A DNA stretch of 64,000 nucleotides, from NCBI GenBank assembly GCA_963728565.1, contig CAVSLC010000001.1:96001-160000 (forward strand). Direction: 5' to 3'. Each line of letters opens with the position of its first letter. Position 1 is the first letter of the stretch. The notes beneath the pieces were generated by a model. It searched no databases and had not been told where the DNA came from. It worked only from the letters and a program-made list of their open reading frames with translations. Below are positions 40,440 to 51,831 of this stretch, piece by piece. The translations under genes were made by a program, and so were the position numbers. Source of the stretch: an uncultured delta proteobacterium (GTDB lineage: Bacteria; Desulfobacterota; Binatia; UBA9968).

Positions 40440-42440
40440 ATGGTGGAAATGTTCAGCGCGCTGAGTTCCGGACTCCTTCAAGTTTTCAACTGGTCTACCT
40501 TCAGTTTGATGATGATCGGTATCGGCGTAGGCTTCGTCGTCGGTATTCTTCCCGGCTTGGGCGGGCCCACCGCTATGGCTTTGATGTTGCCGTTCGTTTT
40601 CAAAATGAACGCGGTAGAAGCGTTTGCCTTTCTTCTCGGTATGACGGCGGTTACGGCCACTACCGGAGATATCACCTCTGTGCTGTTTGGCGTCCCTGGC
40701 GAACCGACGACGGCTTCGACCATTGTCGACGGCCACACGATGGCGCGCAACGGTGAGGCCGGCCGGGCGCTGGGCGCAGTACTGATGAGTTCGTTGGTCG
40801 GCGCTATTTTCGCCGCGATTGCTCTGGCCATCGCTATTCCGATCATTCGTCCTCTGGTTCTCTCGTTCGGTTCTCCTGAGTTTTTCATGCTGGCGATCCT
40901 CGGCATCTCGTTCGTCGCTTCTCTCAGCGGCGAAGATCAGCTTAAAGGGATCATCGCCGGCGGCATTGGTCTGCTGCTCGCCACCATTGGCCTGGATCCG
41001 ATCTCCGGCATCCAACGTTATACATTCGGGCAGTTGTTTCTTTGGGACGGCATTGGTCTCGTGCCGATTACAATCGGATTCTACGCCATCCCTGAAACCA
41101 TCGAGCTCGCGGTGTTGGGGACCAGTATAGCTAAGCAGGAAGTGGGCAAACTCGGCGGCGTCCTGGAAGGGGTGAAAGATACTTTCCGTCACTTTTGGCT
41201 GGTAATCCGCTGCAGCGCTCTGGGCTGCTTTATCGCGATCATCCCAGGCATGGGAGCCGCGACCACACAGTGGCTTGCCTACGCTCACGCGGTGCAGAGC
41301 TCGCCCAACAAAGAACGCTTCGGCAAGGGCGATGTTCGTGGTGTGTTGGGTCCGGGCGCGGCAAACAATTCGACCTTGGGCGGGAGCCTGATTACGACAA
41401 TTGCTTTTGGTGTGCCCGCCAGCGTTGTCATGGCGATCCTGCTCGGGGCTTTCATCATTCAGGGAATTGTTCCCGGTCCAGACATGCTGATCCCCCCACC
41501 CAAAGGTAAACTGGATCTTACGTTTTCATTCGTTTGGGTGATCATACTTTCGAACATCATCACGGTTGCGATCTGTTTCCTGTTTTTAAAACCGCTCGCT
41601 AAGGTGACTCAAGTACGTGGCGGAATCATCATTCCGCTGATCTTAGTGCTGATCTACCTCGGCGCTTACGCGGAGAAGAACGCATTTGCAGACATGGTGG
41701 TGGTGCTTGTCTTCGGCGCGCTCGGGTGGGTTATGGAGAAGATGGAGTGGCCGCGCCCGCCAGTGCTGCTCGGCCTCGTCCTTGGTCCTTTAGCAGAGAA
41801 TCGCCTCTTTCTCTCCACCGACAACTACGGCTTGAGCTGGACGAGCCGGCCCGGCGTTATGATCATCTTTGCCGTCACCTTATTCGGGATACTTTATCCG
41901 GTTTTCAAGAGTAGGCGAGAACGGCGGCTGGCAAATGCCACTAGTTCAGTTCCGACGGAGACAGCGCGCCGTGGCGGCATCCATTTCGGCCCGGGCGCGA
42001 TATTTACTCTTGTCATTGCCGCGACAATTGCCGTGGCGCTTTTGCAAAGCCGCAACTTCGGCTTTCGCGCCGGCCTGTTTCCATGGGTTATTGGCATCCC
42101 GACTCTGCTGTTGGCATTGGTGCAGCTCGCGAAAGATGTGACCCGGCCGAAAGAAGCGCGGGCGAGTGAGCATGAGGCGATTTCGCCAGAAGCAGTCCGG
42201 CGCAGGACGGTCTCGATAATCGGCTGGATACTGGGTTGTTTTTTGGCTATTTGGCTCCTGGGTTTTTCTTATGCGGTGCCGCTCTTCATCTTCATTTACT
42301 TGAAGCTCGAAGCTCGCGAGGGATGGCTAACGACAGTTGCCGTGACATTTTTTTCTTGGCTATTCTTTTACATGCTTTTCGAAAGAATGCTCAATGTGCC
42401 GTTCCCCGATCCACTGCTTCTTTCCTTTTTTCAGCAATAG
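40440..42440 (+). CDS. Fused TctA-TctB tripartite tricarboxylate transporter permease
   Basis: TctA motifs GILPGLG, VPGEP, DGH, GLDPISG, GAANNS, PVLLGLVLG. The C-terminal ~150 aa is TctB-like (AGLFPWVIG...FERMLNVPFP). Confidence 0.88.
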   Translation: MVEMFSALSSGLLQVFNWSTFSLMMIGIGVGFVVGILPGLGGPTAMALMLPFVFKMNAVEAFAFLLGMTAVTATTGDITSVLFGVPGEPTTASTIVDGHTMARNGEAGRALGAVLMSSLVGAIFAAIALAIAIPIIRPLVLSFGSPEFFMLAILGISFVASLSGEDQLKGIIAGGIGLLLATIGLDPISGIQRYTFGQLFLWDGIGLVPITIGFYAIPETIELAVLGTSIAKQEVGKLGGVLEGVKDTFRHFWLVIRCSALGCFIAIIPGMGAATTQWLAYAHAVQSSPNKERFGKGDVRGVLGPGAANNSTLGGSLITTIAFGVPASVVMAILLGAFIIQGIVPGPDMLIPPPKGKLDLTFSFVWVIILSNIITVAICFLFLKPLAKVTQVRGGIIIPLILVLIYLGAYAEKNAFADMVVVLVFGALGWVMEKMEWPRPPVLLGLVLGPLAENRLFLSTDNYGLSWTSRPGVMIIFAVTLFGILYPVFKSRRERRLANATSSVPTETARRGGIHFGPGAIFTLVIAATIAVALLQSRNFGFRAGLFPWVIGIPTLLLALVQLAKDVTRPKEARASEHEAISPEAVRRRTVSIIGWILGCFLAIWLLGFSYAVPLFIFIYLKLEAREGWLTTVAVTFFSWLFFYMLFERMLNVPFPDPLLLSFFQQ

Positions 42441-42485
42441 CAAATCTGCCGGAGTATGTACGGAGATGCTCCGGCAGATTTGCTA
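42438..42485. terminator. Strong stem-loop, probable bidirectional terminator between convergent genes
   Basis: Perfect 17-bp inverted repeat TAGCAAATCTGCCGGAG/CTCCGGCAGATTTGCTA starting at the tctAB stop codon. Confidence 0.65.
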
Positions 42486-42536
42486 CAGCCTGAACTGCTA
42501 CTGATGGTTACGAATAAACCGGATTGGGAAGATCCG

Positions 42537-44829
42537 TTACGGTGCCATGTGGAGCGCGCGCCAGACTCTCTCCGATGTCAGCGGCAAATCATAGAATCGC
42601 ACTCCAGTGGCGACACGAACGGCGTTGCCGATGGCGGCAGCCACCGGCAGTAAGCCGCCCTCACCGGTCCCTTTTGCTCCGAAAGGTCCGGGACCATTAT
42701 GATTCTCGACCAGAACGGTTTCAAAATCCTTTGGCAGATGAGCGAAGCTGGGGACCCGGTAATCGACAAGGTTGGGATTCAAAAGCTGGCCGTCTTTGTA
42801 AATCATCTCTTCGAGCAAGGTGTGACCAATCGCGTTCATCACGCCGCCCTCGTCCTGTCCCTCGCATAGCACTGGGTGGATTGCCTGACCGACATCGGCT
42901 AAAGAGACATACTTGAGGAGCTTGACTTCGCCGGTATCGGGATCGACTTCCACTTCAGCCGCGCCCCAGCTGATCTCCCAGAACGTCGTCGGTGAACCTA
43001 GAGCCGCCTTTTTGGTCTTAATGTCTTGATAAGCGCCATGTCCGACGATCTCTCCCGCCTTCGACAGAAATACTTTTTGCATCAACTCGGGAAAGGATAC
43101 GCTTGCGCCGTCGCCAGCGTGAATTCTTCGGTCTTTGAGAATTAGCTGATCCGGTTTGACCTTCAACAGTTTCCCCGCATGACGGAACAATTGCCGTTTC
43201 AGGTCCTGCGCAGCTCTTTGCGCCGACAATCCCATGACCACAGTCGAGCTGCTGGCGTTGGTATTGACGTCATAGGGAGTCACGTCGGTGTCCAGTTGCG
43301 CCACCGTCACACCATCGAAAGGAACGCTCAATTCTTCGGCAACAATCTGGCTCAACGCGGTGCGCGCGCCTTGGCCAATCTCGACGGTGCCGGTGAGCAA
43401 AACCACGCTTCCGTCTGAGTTCATCTTCACTGCCGCCGAAGAGACCTTGTAGGTTCCGCCGCCGTCTTTCATGCAGCAGGCAAGACCTTTACCCCGATTC
43501 CTATGTCCGCCGTTGTCGCCCCAGCCGATCGCTTTGGCAGCGCGTTGTAGACCTTCGGCCAAATCGCAATCGACCGGTGTGTCGCCCGGCGTATAAAGCT
43601 CGCCTTTCTTCAATAGGTTCTTCAGACGAAACTCCAACGGATCCAAAGCCAGATTTTCGGCGATGATATCCATTTGTGACTCGTAGGCCCAGGTCACTTG
43701 GAGCGTGCCGAAACCGCGATACGCCCCCGCAGGCACCGTATTGGTATACACGGTGTAAGCGTCAGTCTTGGTGTGCGGAATGCGATAGGGACCGAAGGAG
43801 CGGTAGCCGGCCTTTTGCGTTACCCGAGGCCCGGCATCGGCATAAGCGCCGGTCTCCATATGGATCACGCACTCGCGCGCCAGTAAAAGTCCATCCTTGC
43901 TGACGCCGGTCTTAATCCGCACCCGCGCCGGATGTCGGGTCACGGTCTTAAAACTTTCCTCGATCGTGTGAACCAAGCGCACCGGACGTCTGGCTTTGGA
44001 CGACAAGGCAACCGCCAGGGGCTCTGTTTTCACCGCCAGTTTTCCACCATACCCGCCGCCCACATAGGGGACGATGATCCGAATCTTATTAAGCGGCACT
44101 TTGAATATATCGGCCAAGTGCTCGCGCAATGTAAACGGCTCCTGCGTTCCCGCCCACATGGTGATCCGCTCAGCCTCAACGTGAGCCACGGTGGCATGAG
44201 GCTCCATCGAGAAATGCTGGACGCGGGGAAAGGTAAACGTATTTTCAAATACGTGATCGGATTTCCTAAACCCTTCGGCAACCTCCCCCTTGGCGTAACT
44301 GAAGCGGTAGCAAAGGTTGCTGCCGGCAAATTCTTTCGGCGTTTCATAGCGCTGTCCCATCAACTCACCGCCCATCGAAGCCGAATCGTGAACCAACACC
44401 GCGCCCGGCGCCAATGCTTCTTCCAGTGAAGACACTGCCGGCAATTCCTGGTATTCGACATCGATCAGCGCCAACGCTTCTTCGGCCGTGGCTTCATCGA
44501 CTGCCGCGACCGCGGCGACCGGATCGCCGACGTAGCGAACCTTATCTACAGCAACAATGGTCTGATCCTTGTACGCGGCACCGAACATGCCAAGTTCGCG
44601 CTGATCGTCCTTAGTGATGACAGCGTAAACGCCGGGAAGGCGCTCGGCCTTACGTGGAATCTACCCGCAGGATGCGCGCGTGCGGGTAGGGGCTGCGCAA
44701 TACCTTAGCATGCGCCATCCCAGGCAAATCGACATCGACGGTGTAAACAGCCTTGCCGGTAACTTTCTCTGCGCCGTCAGATCTAGGCTCTGCCCGACCG
44801 ATAACTCTGTAGGCTTGCGAATCGTTCAT
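42537..44829 (-). CDS. Xanthine dehydrogenase/CoxL-family molybdopterin-binding subunit, frameshift near 44652
   Basis: DGAEKVTGKAVY and LRSPYPHARI, then shifted KAERLPGVYAVIT, VRYVGDPVAAV, VGGGYGGK, GAYRGFG, EIGQG, GPFGAKGTGE. Confidence 0.9.
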
Positions 44830-44836
44830 TGAAACC

Positions 44837-46147
44837 TCAGCTGCGGTATTTTTGTTTGACCCATTCAATTGCCTCCTGGCGGCTGGTCAATTCACCGCCG
44901 AGCTGTGCATCTTCTACCTGCCGCAAGATTTCGGCGAAGATTGGTCCCGGAATGTATCCCATTTCGATCAGATCCGCGCCGCGCAACAGCGGCTCAGGGC
45001 GGATCTCTTCCTCTTGCATCTGTGAACGCCGCTCTTGGCAGAAATGATAATATTGCAAATCTCCGCTGGACGACAAGGCATCGATGCGCGCCAATGCTAA
45101 CAGCTCATCGATGCCTTCCTCGCGCAAAAAACGCTTAAGCGTGCTCAGTCGCATCTTAGGCGCCTGCGTATGACGCAGGTGATTTTTGACCAAGTACGCG
45201 ACCCGCTCCCAGACAGCTCGTCCGCGCTTGAGCCGTTTCAGTATCGCTTCGGCCATTTCCGCGCCACGATCGGTGTGGCCGTAGAAAGTGATACGATCGG
45301 CTTCCTTGCGAAAGCAAACCGGCTTTCCGACATCGTGCAGAAGACAACCGTATGCCAGGGTTTCCGTCGGCTTTTCGAGATGGCTCAAAGTCAAAAGCGT
45401 GTGCTTGAAGACATCGCCCTCCGGATGGTGTTCCGGGCTCTGCTCAACGCCCTTCATCTGTTCGATCTCCGGCAGCAGGATCCGCAACAAACCTGTTTCG
45501 TCCATCAGCTCGAATCCCCTTCGCGCACCGCCTTCAGTGAGGATCCGAGTGATCTCCTCGCCGATTCGTTCGGACGAAATCTGTGTGATCATTGCCGCCG
45601 ACTGCTTGATGGCATCCAAGGTTAAGTTGTCGATATCGAAGTTCAAGCTGGCGGCAAAGCGGATCGCCCGCACCATTCGCAATCGGTCTTCTTCGAAACG
45701 TTGCCGCGGATCGCCGATGGCGCGGATGCAGCGCCTTGCAAGATCTCTCTTGCCTTCGACCAAGTCGATAACCCGATCCTCGACTGGGTCGTATACCATT
45801 CCATTGATGGTGAAATCACGCCGGAAGATATCTTCTTGCAGAGTTCCGTAGCGTACCTGGCTCGGTCGGCGGCCGTCCAGATAGGGACCATCAAATCGGA
45901 AGGACGCGACTTCAAAAGATTGACCGTCCAACATCACTAAAACAACCCCAAATTGAGCGCCCACCGGAATAGTTCGAGGGAAAATCCGTTGAACGTCCTC
46001 CGGCCTGGCGCTGGTTGCGATGTCGTAATCTTGCGGGGTCTTGTTGAGCAAAAAATCGCGGACGCATCCGCCCGCTAGATAACTCTCGTAGCCTTCCTCA
46101 CGGAGCCGCTTAACAATAGCAACAGCTTGATGATCCGGTGACATCAT
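44837..46147 (-). CDS. cca: CCA tRNA nucleotidyltransferase with HD domain
   Basis: YLAGGCVRD, DYDIAT, RRDFTIN, EDRLRMVRAIRFA, HHPEGDVFKHT, LLHDVGKP, FYGH. CCA-adding versus partial or poly(A) activity cannot be resolved by eye. Confidence 0.88.
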   Translation of the reverse strand: MMSPDHQAVAIVKRLREEGYESYLAGGCVRDFLLNKTPQDYDIATSARPEDVQRIFPRTIPVGAQFGVVLVMLDGQSFEVASFRFDGPYLDGRRPSQVRYGTLQEDIFRRDFTINGMVYDPVEDRVIDLVEGKRDLARRCIRAIGDPRQRFEEDRLRMVRAIRFAASLNFDIDNLTLDAIKQSAAMITQISSERIGEEITRILTEGGARRGFELMDETGLLRILLPEIEQMKGVEQSPEHHPEGDVFKHTLLTLSHLEKPTETLAYGCLLHDVGKPVCFRKEADRITFYGHTDRGAEMAEAILKRLKRGRAVWERVAYLVKNHLRHTQAPKMRLSTLKRFLREEGIDELLALARIDALSSSGDLQYYHFCQERRSQMQEEEIRPEPLLRGADLIEMGYIPGPIFAEILRQVEDAQLGGELTSRQEAIEWVKQKYRS

Positions 46148-46206
46148 CCGGCCTCTCCAGTTCCAACAGACAATTCAATGAAACCAGAAGTGGGGGCAAA
46201 AAACGA

Positions 46207-46593
46207 CTAGGAAGGAAGCGCGTCCCTGCTCTGAGGAAGCAACTCTCGAATCTTGCTCTGGAGCTCAAGAAAGGTGAAAGGCTTGACGATGTAACTGTTG
46301 CAGCCCGCTTCCATGCAGGTCTTGAGATCGGAATCGCGAAACATCGCTGTCGCAGCCAGGATCGGGATGTCCTTGGTTTCGGGGGCGGCGCGCACGGCTC
46401 GAGCCGCTTCCCACCCGTCCATTCCAGGCATCATGATATCCATCAAAATCAACTCAGGCTTTTCCGCAATAGCCTTTTCTATACCCTCTTTGCCGTGCTT
46501 CGCTAGAATTGGCGTAAATCCCATCAATTCGATTTGCCAGCTGAGCAGCTCACGCATATCCGCGTGGTCTTCGATGATTAAAACTTTCTGCAT
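46207..46593 (-). CDS. Single-domain response regulator (CheY/DivK-like)
   Basis: KVLIIEDH, LILMDIMMPGMDG, ILAATA, YIVKPF. Confidence 0.92.
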   Translation of the reverse strand: MQKVLIIEDHADMRELLSWQIELMGFTPILAKHGKEGIEKAIAEKPELILMDIMMPGMDGWEAARAVRAAPETKDIPILAATAMFRDSDLKTCMEAGCNSYIVKPFTFLELQSKIRELLPQSRDALPS

Positions 46594-46716
46594 GGACAAG
46601 CCGCTTTCCAGGCTGGGACAGTGATGATCGAGTTCAGTTAGTCCGGCAGCTACACCGCACAAATATGCCGTGCCAGCTAACCGCCGTCAAGCATTGTGAT
46701 TCGATCGCACAAAGAT

Positions 46717-48036
46717 TTATTTCTCAGCGATGATTTTCTGGTTTCCGACAATGACGGTAATCATTTTTTCAGGCTCCAGGTATTTCTGTGCGACCCGGTG
46801 GACATCGTCAATGGTAATCTTACGGATCAGATCCGGATAACGCTCGGTATAATCCAGGCCTAGCTCCAAGTATTCCACCTGAGCCAAGAAGTTGGCTACC
46901 TTGCCCATGGTATCGAAGCGCAGCGGAAAGCTGCCAGTCAGATAATCCTTGGCATCATTAAGTTCGGCCTCGGTAACCGGAGCCTGCCGGATGCGGCGGA
47001 TTTCCTCTTTTGCGATAGCGATTGCCTGCAAAGCGGTGTCATTTTTTGTCTGCATCACGAACTGGAAAATACCGCGCCCTTTTTCCGCGCTAAAATAGCT
47101 GTAAACCGAATACGCCAGGCCACGCTGATTGCGGATGGAATCCATTGCCCGCGACGAGAATCCGCCGCCGCCAAGAATGTAGTTCATCACTTGCAGCGCG
47201 TAATAGTCGGGGTTTTCCCGGCCGACACCGCGTTGACCCAGAATTAGATTGGCTTGAGTGAGATCCTTATGGACTCGGATCGTGCCGATTTCCGGCGCCG
47301 CCGGTAATGCCAATGGCTTGGGCGGCGGCTCACCTTTGTTCCAAGAGCGAAAGGCGTGATTGAGCGCCTCCGTCATTTCTTCGTGCGAGATATCGCCGAC
47401 AATTGCCATGATCGAGCGATTCGGACGGTAATGGCGTTGATAGAACTCTCGTAAGCTTGCCTGCGGTATTGCCCGGACCGATGTCTCGGTCCCCTCCACC
47501 GGCCGGCCATACCGCGTTTGCGGAAATGCCGCCGCCGCAAATCGCATATCGGCAATTTCACCCGGCTGCTCCTGCTTGGCTCGAATCGATGCGATGACCG
47601 CTTGCTTTTGCCGCTCAATTTCTTCCGGCGGGAACACCGCGTTCATCAACACTTCCGCCAGCAGTTCCAAACCCGCCGGAAGGTCCTTTTTGAGAACCGT
47701 CAAACTAACACTCGCGAGATCTTCGCCGCTGCGCGCCGATAAGCTGGCGCCAAGAAAATCCAAGCTTTCACTGATTTGCAAAGCAGTGCGCCGCTTGGTG
47801 CCCTCGGTGATCAATTCGGCGGTCAAATTGGCAAGGCCATCCTGCTTAGGCGCGTCATAACGCGCGCCTGCGTGGATCAACATCTCTATCGATACCATCG
47901 GCAGAGTTCTCTGCTCCGAGGTCAGCAAGACGATGCCATTGTTCAACACCGACCGGCGCGGCGTCATCGCCGTTTGTCCGAGGCGCGGCGAAACAAGCAG
48001 CCCTACAAACAGCAGCAGAGAAAAAAACTTCTTCAT
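46717..48036 (-). CDS. M16B peptidase, non-catalytic partner subunit
   Basis: GLANLTAELITEGT (no HxxEH), ILGGGGFSSR, IRNQRGLAYSV. ATGA-coupled to the catalytic subunit. Confidence 0.9.
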   Translation of the reverse strand: MKKFFSLLLFVGLLVSPRLGQTAMTPRRSVLNNGIVLLTSEQRTLPMVSIEMLIHAGARYDAPKQDGLANLTAELITEGTKRRTALQISESLDFLGASLSARSGEDLASVSLTVLKKDLPAGLELLAEVLMNAVFPPEEIERQKQAVIASIRAKQEQPGEIADMRFAAAAFPQTRYGRPVEGTETSVRAIPQASLREFYQRHYRPNRSIMAIVGDISHEEMTEALNHAFRSWNKGEPPPKPLALPAAPEIGTIRVHKDLTQANLILGQRGVGRENPDYYALQVMNYILGGGGFSSRAMDSIRNQRGLAYSVYSYFSAEKGRGIFQFVMQTKNDTALQAIAIAKEEIRRIRQAPVTEAELNDAKDYLTGSFPLRFDTMGKVANFLAQVEYLELGLDYTERYPDLIRKITIDDVHRVAQKYLEPEKMITVIVGNQKIIAEK

Positions 48037-49356
48037 GGGGTCTTGGCTTTGACGGGCATCAGCGTACCGACGGTGCGGCGCTCGCGATCGAGATACTGCT
48101 TGGCGACTCTACGAATGTCTTCCCGGGTCACTTTTCGAATACCTTCGAGATAGCGCTCCATCAGCCGCCAATCGCCCGCGATCTCATAGAATCCGATTTT
48201 CATGGCCTGGCCGAAAATCGAGTCACGACTGAAAATGAATGCCGCTTCGACCTGATTCTTGGCCTTCTGTAGCTCCCGCTCGCTGACCAACTCCGCTTTG
48301 ACCTTCTCAATCAGGCCATCGATCTCCCGCTCGACCGGTGCGGGATCCTTACCCGGCAACAGTTGCGCGGTCACGGAGAAGACCGTCGGATCGATGGAAG
48401 CTCCACTGTAATCGGCATCGACCCCCCGCGCCAACTGCTTCCGGTAAACCAGGTCCTGATGCAGCCGAGAGCTGCGCCCGCCGGCAAGGACTACGCTGAG
48501 CAGGTCCAGAGCGAAACTATCCTGGCTGGTTAAATTAGGAGCATGATAATACGCGCTGACAATCGGCAGTTCCGCTTCTTTTTTCAAGATGGCTCTACGT
48601 TCGCCTAGTTGCGGTGGCTCTTTGGCGTGAACCTTAGGAGGTTCAGCACCGCGCGGGATTTTACCATAAGCAGCTTTAATCTTGGGCAAAATCTCTGCAG
48701 TGGAAAAATCGCCGGTGACAACTATGAAGGCGTTGTTAGGCGAGTAGTAAAGCTTGTAGAAATCGACCAGATCCTGCCGTGTAAGGTTTTCGATATCGTG
48801 CATCCAACCGATCACCGGACGCCGGTAGGGATGAACCATGTATGTGACGGCGCCGGTCAGCTCACCCAGCGCGGCAGCCGGATTGTCGTCGACTCTCAGG
48901 CGTCGCTCTTCTTGGATAACTTTTTTTTCCGCTTCGAAATACTCCTCACCCAAAAGCGCATTTACCATCCGATCCGCTTCAAGCTCGAGCTGAATATGGA
49001 TTTTGTCTCGGCTCATGGTGGCGAAGTAAACTGTCACATCGGCAGTTGTAAATGCATTTGCTTGGCCGCCGTTTTTGGCGATGATCTGGGAATACTGCTC
49101 CGGCCCTGTCGTTGGGGTACCCTTGAACAACATGTGCTCGAGAAAATGCGCTAAACCGCTCTTGCCGTCTTGTTCATTGCGCGAACCAACCCGGTACCAA
49201 ACCTGAAAGGTTACCGCCGGACTCTTGTGATCCTCGAGAAGAAGAACCTTGAGACCATTTTCGAGCGAGAACTCTTGAACATCGGCGAAAGAGTCTTGTG
49301 CGGACGCGGCGAGCAGGAAGAGAAGAAGAAATCAAGCCAGAGAACCAGCGCCGCAT
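48033..49356 (-). CDS. M16B zinc peptidase, catalytic subunit (frameshift in signal-peptide region near 49331)
   Basis: The frame upstream of ORF 48033..49133 reads LENGLKVLLLEDHKSPAVTFQVWYRVGSRNEQDGKSGLAHFLEHMLFKGT (HxxEH). The ATG at 49356 is one base out of frame. Confidence 0.9.
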
Positions 49357-49570
49357 GCTTGTTACCGTAAAGGAAGTCAGCTTTAACTTCAAGGAATCTG
49401 CTGAAGCACATGGCGAAATGTGTGCCGTCGTTGGTGCAAGGGTACGTGCGCGGTGGCGATGAAAGTCAAAAGGCGGAAAGATGATTCTGATCGATCGAAA
49501 TGACCGATGCAGGATTCTTCTCGCAATAACTTCTCTGGAGTCCCGGCTAAACTCGAATTTTGGCGTTCAT

Positions 49571-49599
49571 TTGACTAGCTCTGATCACCACAATAGTAT
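49571..49599 (+). promoter_or_regulatory. Putative sigma-70 promoter for the ubiD-like gene
   Basis: TTGACT-17 nt-TAGTAT, followed by GAGGAGG RBS and ATG 49622. Confidence 0.5.
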
Positions 49600-49621
49600 G
49601 ACCGCAGATGAGGAGGACACC

Positions 49622-51054
49622 ATGACCGATGTGACCGACATGCGAGGATACGTGGAGTTGCTGGAGGAGATGGGCGAACTGCGAAGACTCGAGGGCGTAG
49701 ATCTTGACCTGGAAGTGGGCGCGCTCACCGAGCGGGCGGCGGAGAAAGAAGGGGCGGCGCTGCTGTTTGACAATTTCAAAGAATTCCCAGCGGGCTTTCG
49801 CGTCATTTCCAATGTTTTCCGCACGTGCAGGCGCACCGGCCCGGCGATGGGCATTGATCCCGAGCTCAAGGGCGTCGATTATCTGAACGCATGGCGGAAG
49901 AAATTGGCTGCTTACAAACCGGTGCCGGTCCAGCAAGTCGAAGGCGGTCCGGTGTTTGAAAACCAAATGGTCGATGATCAGGTCGATCTGTATAAATTTC
50001 CCGTACCCAAATGGCACGATCTCGATGGCGGACCTTACATCGGGACCGGCTGCGGGGTGATCACCAAAGACCCGGAAACCGGCAAGATCAATATCGGCAC
50101 CTACCGGGTGATGGTCCAGAATAAGAATACCCTTTCGGTGAAGATGAACATGGGCAAGCATGGCAGGCTGGCTTTGAACGGGCCCGCGATGCCGGCAAGC
50201 CGTTACCGATCGCCATCACATTCTGCCAGGGACCGGCGATTTTCCTCGCAGCTCAGATGCCGCTGCCGCCCGACGTCAATGAATTTGAATTTGCCGGTTA
50301 TCTTCAGGGCTCACCGGTGCCGGTGGCACGCGGCGCGGCAACCGGGCTGCCGATTCCGGCCAACGCGGAAATTGTCGTCGAAGGCGAACTCCCGCCGATG
50401 AAGGACCAAGACATGCCCAAGGAAGGGCCCTTCGGCGAGTGGCCGGGTTATTTTACCGAAGAGAATGTCGGCGAAACGCCGATCATGAACGTTAAACGGA
50501 TCTATTATCGAAACGATCCTATCATTCTCGGCGCGCCGCCGCTCAAGCCGCCGGCAAGCTATTTGCCCATCCCGTTGGGCGCGGCGACGCTTTGGGAGCA
50601 ACTAGAGAAAGCGGGAATTCCGGAGGTCAAAGGCGTTTGGGGTTTCGTCTATGGCGGCCAGCCTGGCCCCTTTACCGTCATATCCATCAAGCAGCGTTAT
50701 GCCGGCCACTCCAAACAGGCGTTGTTGGTTGCCGCCGGCGCGCGCGCCGGAGCCTACGGCGGAAAATTCGTCGTGGTGGTGGATGATGACATCGATATCG
50801 CCAATCCCGCCGACGTGATTTGGGCGATTGCTACTCGTTGTCACGTTCGCGAGGGCCTCGATGTCGTCAAAGGCGTTTGGGCGTCCGTGTGTGAGCCGGC
50901 ATTGCCGCCCGAGGAAAGATCACCCCGGGGCTACACCTCCGACCGGGTGCTGATCGATGCTTGCCGGCCATTTAAATGGATGGATCAATTTCCGCCGGTC
51001 AACGCATTTACCAGTGAATTCAAAGATCGCATCGAAAGTAAATTTAGAATTTAG
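49622..51054 (+). CDS. UbiD-family prFMN-dependent (de)carboxylase, frameshift near 50175
   Basis: DLEVGAL, ALLFDN, FPVPKWHDLDGGPYIGTG, NIGTYRVMV, then shifted IPANAEIVVEG, EGPFGEWPGY, VVVDDDID, VIWAIATR, IDACRP. Confidence 0.9.
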
Positions 51055-51138
51055 CAATTCAGCAGGCCAGAAATCTGTTTTTGCGACGATCTTAGATCGA
51101 GTCGATCAACCGTCTCGTCAAGATGATAGGAATGCATT

Positions 51139-51764
51139 ATGGGCAGTATCGAAGCGTTGAGCCTGGCAATGGGAACAGCTTGGACTCCGGCATCAACCTC
51201 TATGCGACTGTGGCGGCTTTGGGCCTGGCGGGCCGCTTCGAAATGATCCAATTGCCACAGAGCCTGGAGGTGCTTACCAATCCCATCGTCATCGCAGTGG
51301 CGTGCATCATGTATGCGATCGAATTTTTTGCTGACAAAATCCCTTATGTCGACAATGGTTGGGACGTGTTGCACACGTTCATTCGAGTACCCGCCGGCGC
51401 CATCCTAGCAGCGCGTTCGCTGGGTGACATGAGCCCGGGCTTGGAATTCGCCGCCCTGCTTGCTGGCGGCAGCATTGCGTTGGCAGCGCATGGCACCAAG
51501 GCAACCAGCCGTTTAGCAATCAACTCCAGCCCCGAACCATTTAGCAACTGGATCGCCAGCCTTGTTGAGGATATCGCGGTTTTGGGCGGCATTTGGATTA
51601 TCTTCAATCATCCATGGCTGATGCTTGCGTTAGTTTTTGTTTTTCTGGCGCTGATGGTTTGGGTTGTGCCAAAAATATTTCGCTTGGCTAAGCGTGGGTT
51701 TACCATGCTGCGCGCCCGACTCGGCGGTATCAAACCGGGGCAAGCAAGCACGAGCACCCCCTGA
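51139..51764 (+). CDS. DUF4126-family membrane protein (frameshift near 51185)
   Basis: SGINLYA, EFFADKIPYVDNGWD, HGTKATSR, SPEPFSNWIASLVED. The likely N-terminus MGSIEALSLAMGTAW is in a shifted frame. Confidence 0.82.
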
Positions 51765-51831
51765 GGCGCTTTCAAACGCGCTCATAATTCATCGCCAACT
51801 GAAGCCGACGAGCACATGTAAATTCGAGGAT

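Noticed and set aside
40437-41288. 283-aa minus-strand ORF
   Set aside because: Antisense shadow of the hydrophobic tctA region.
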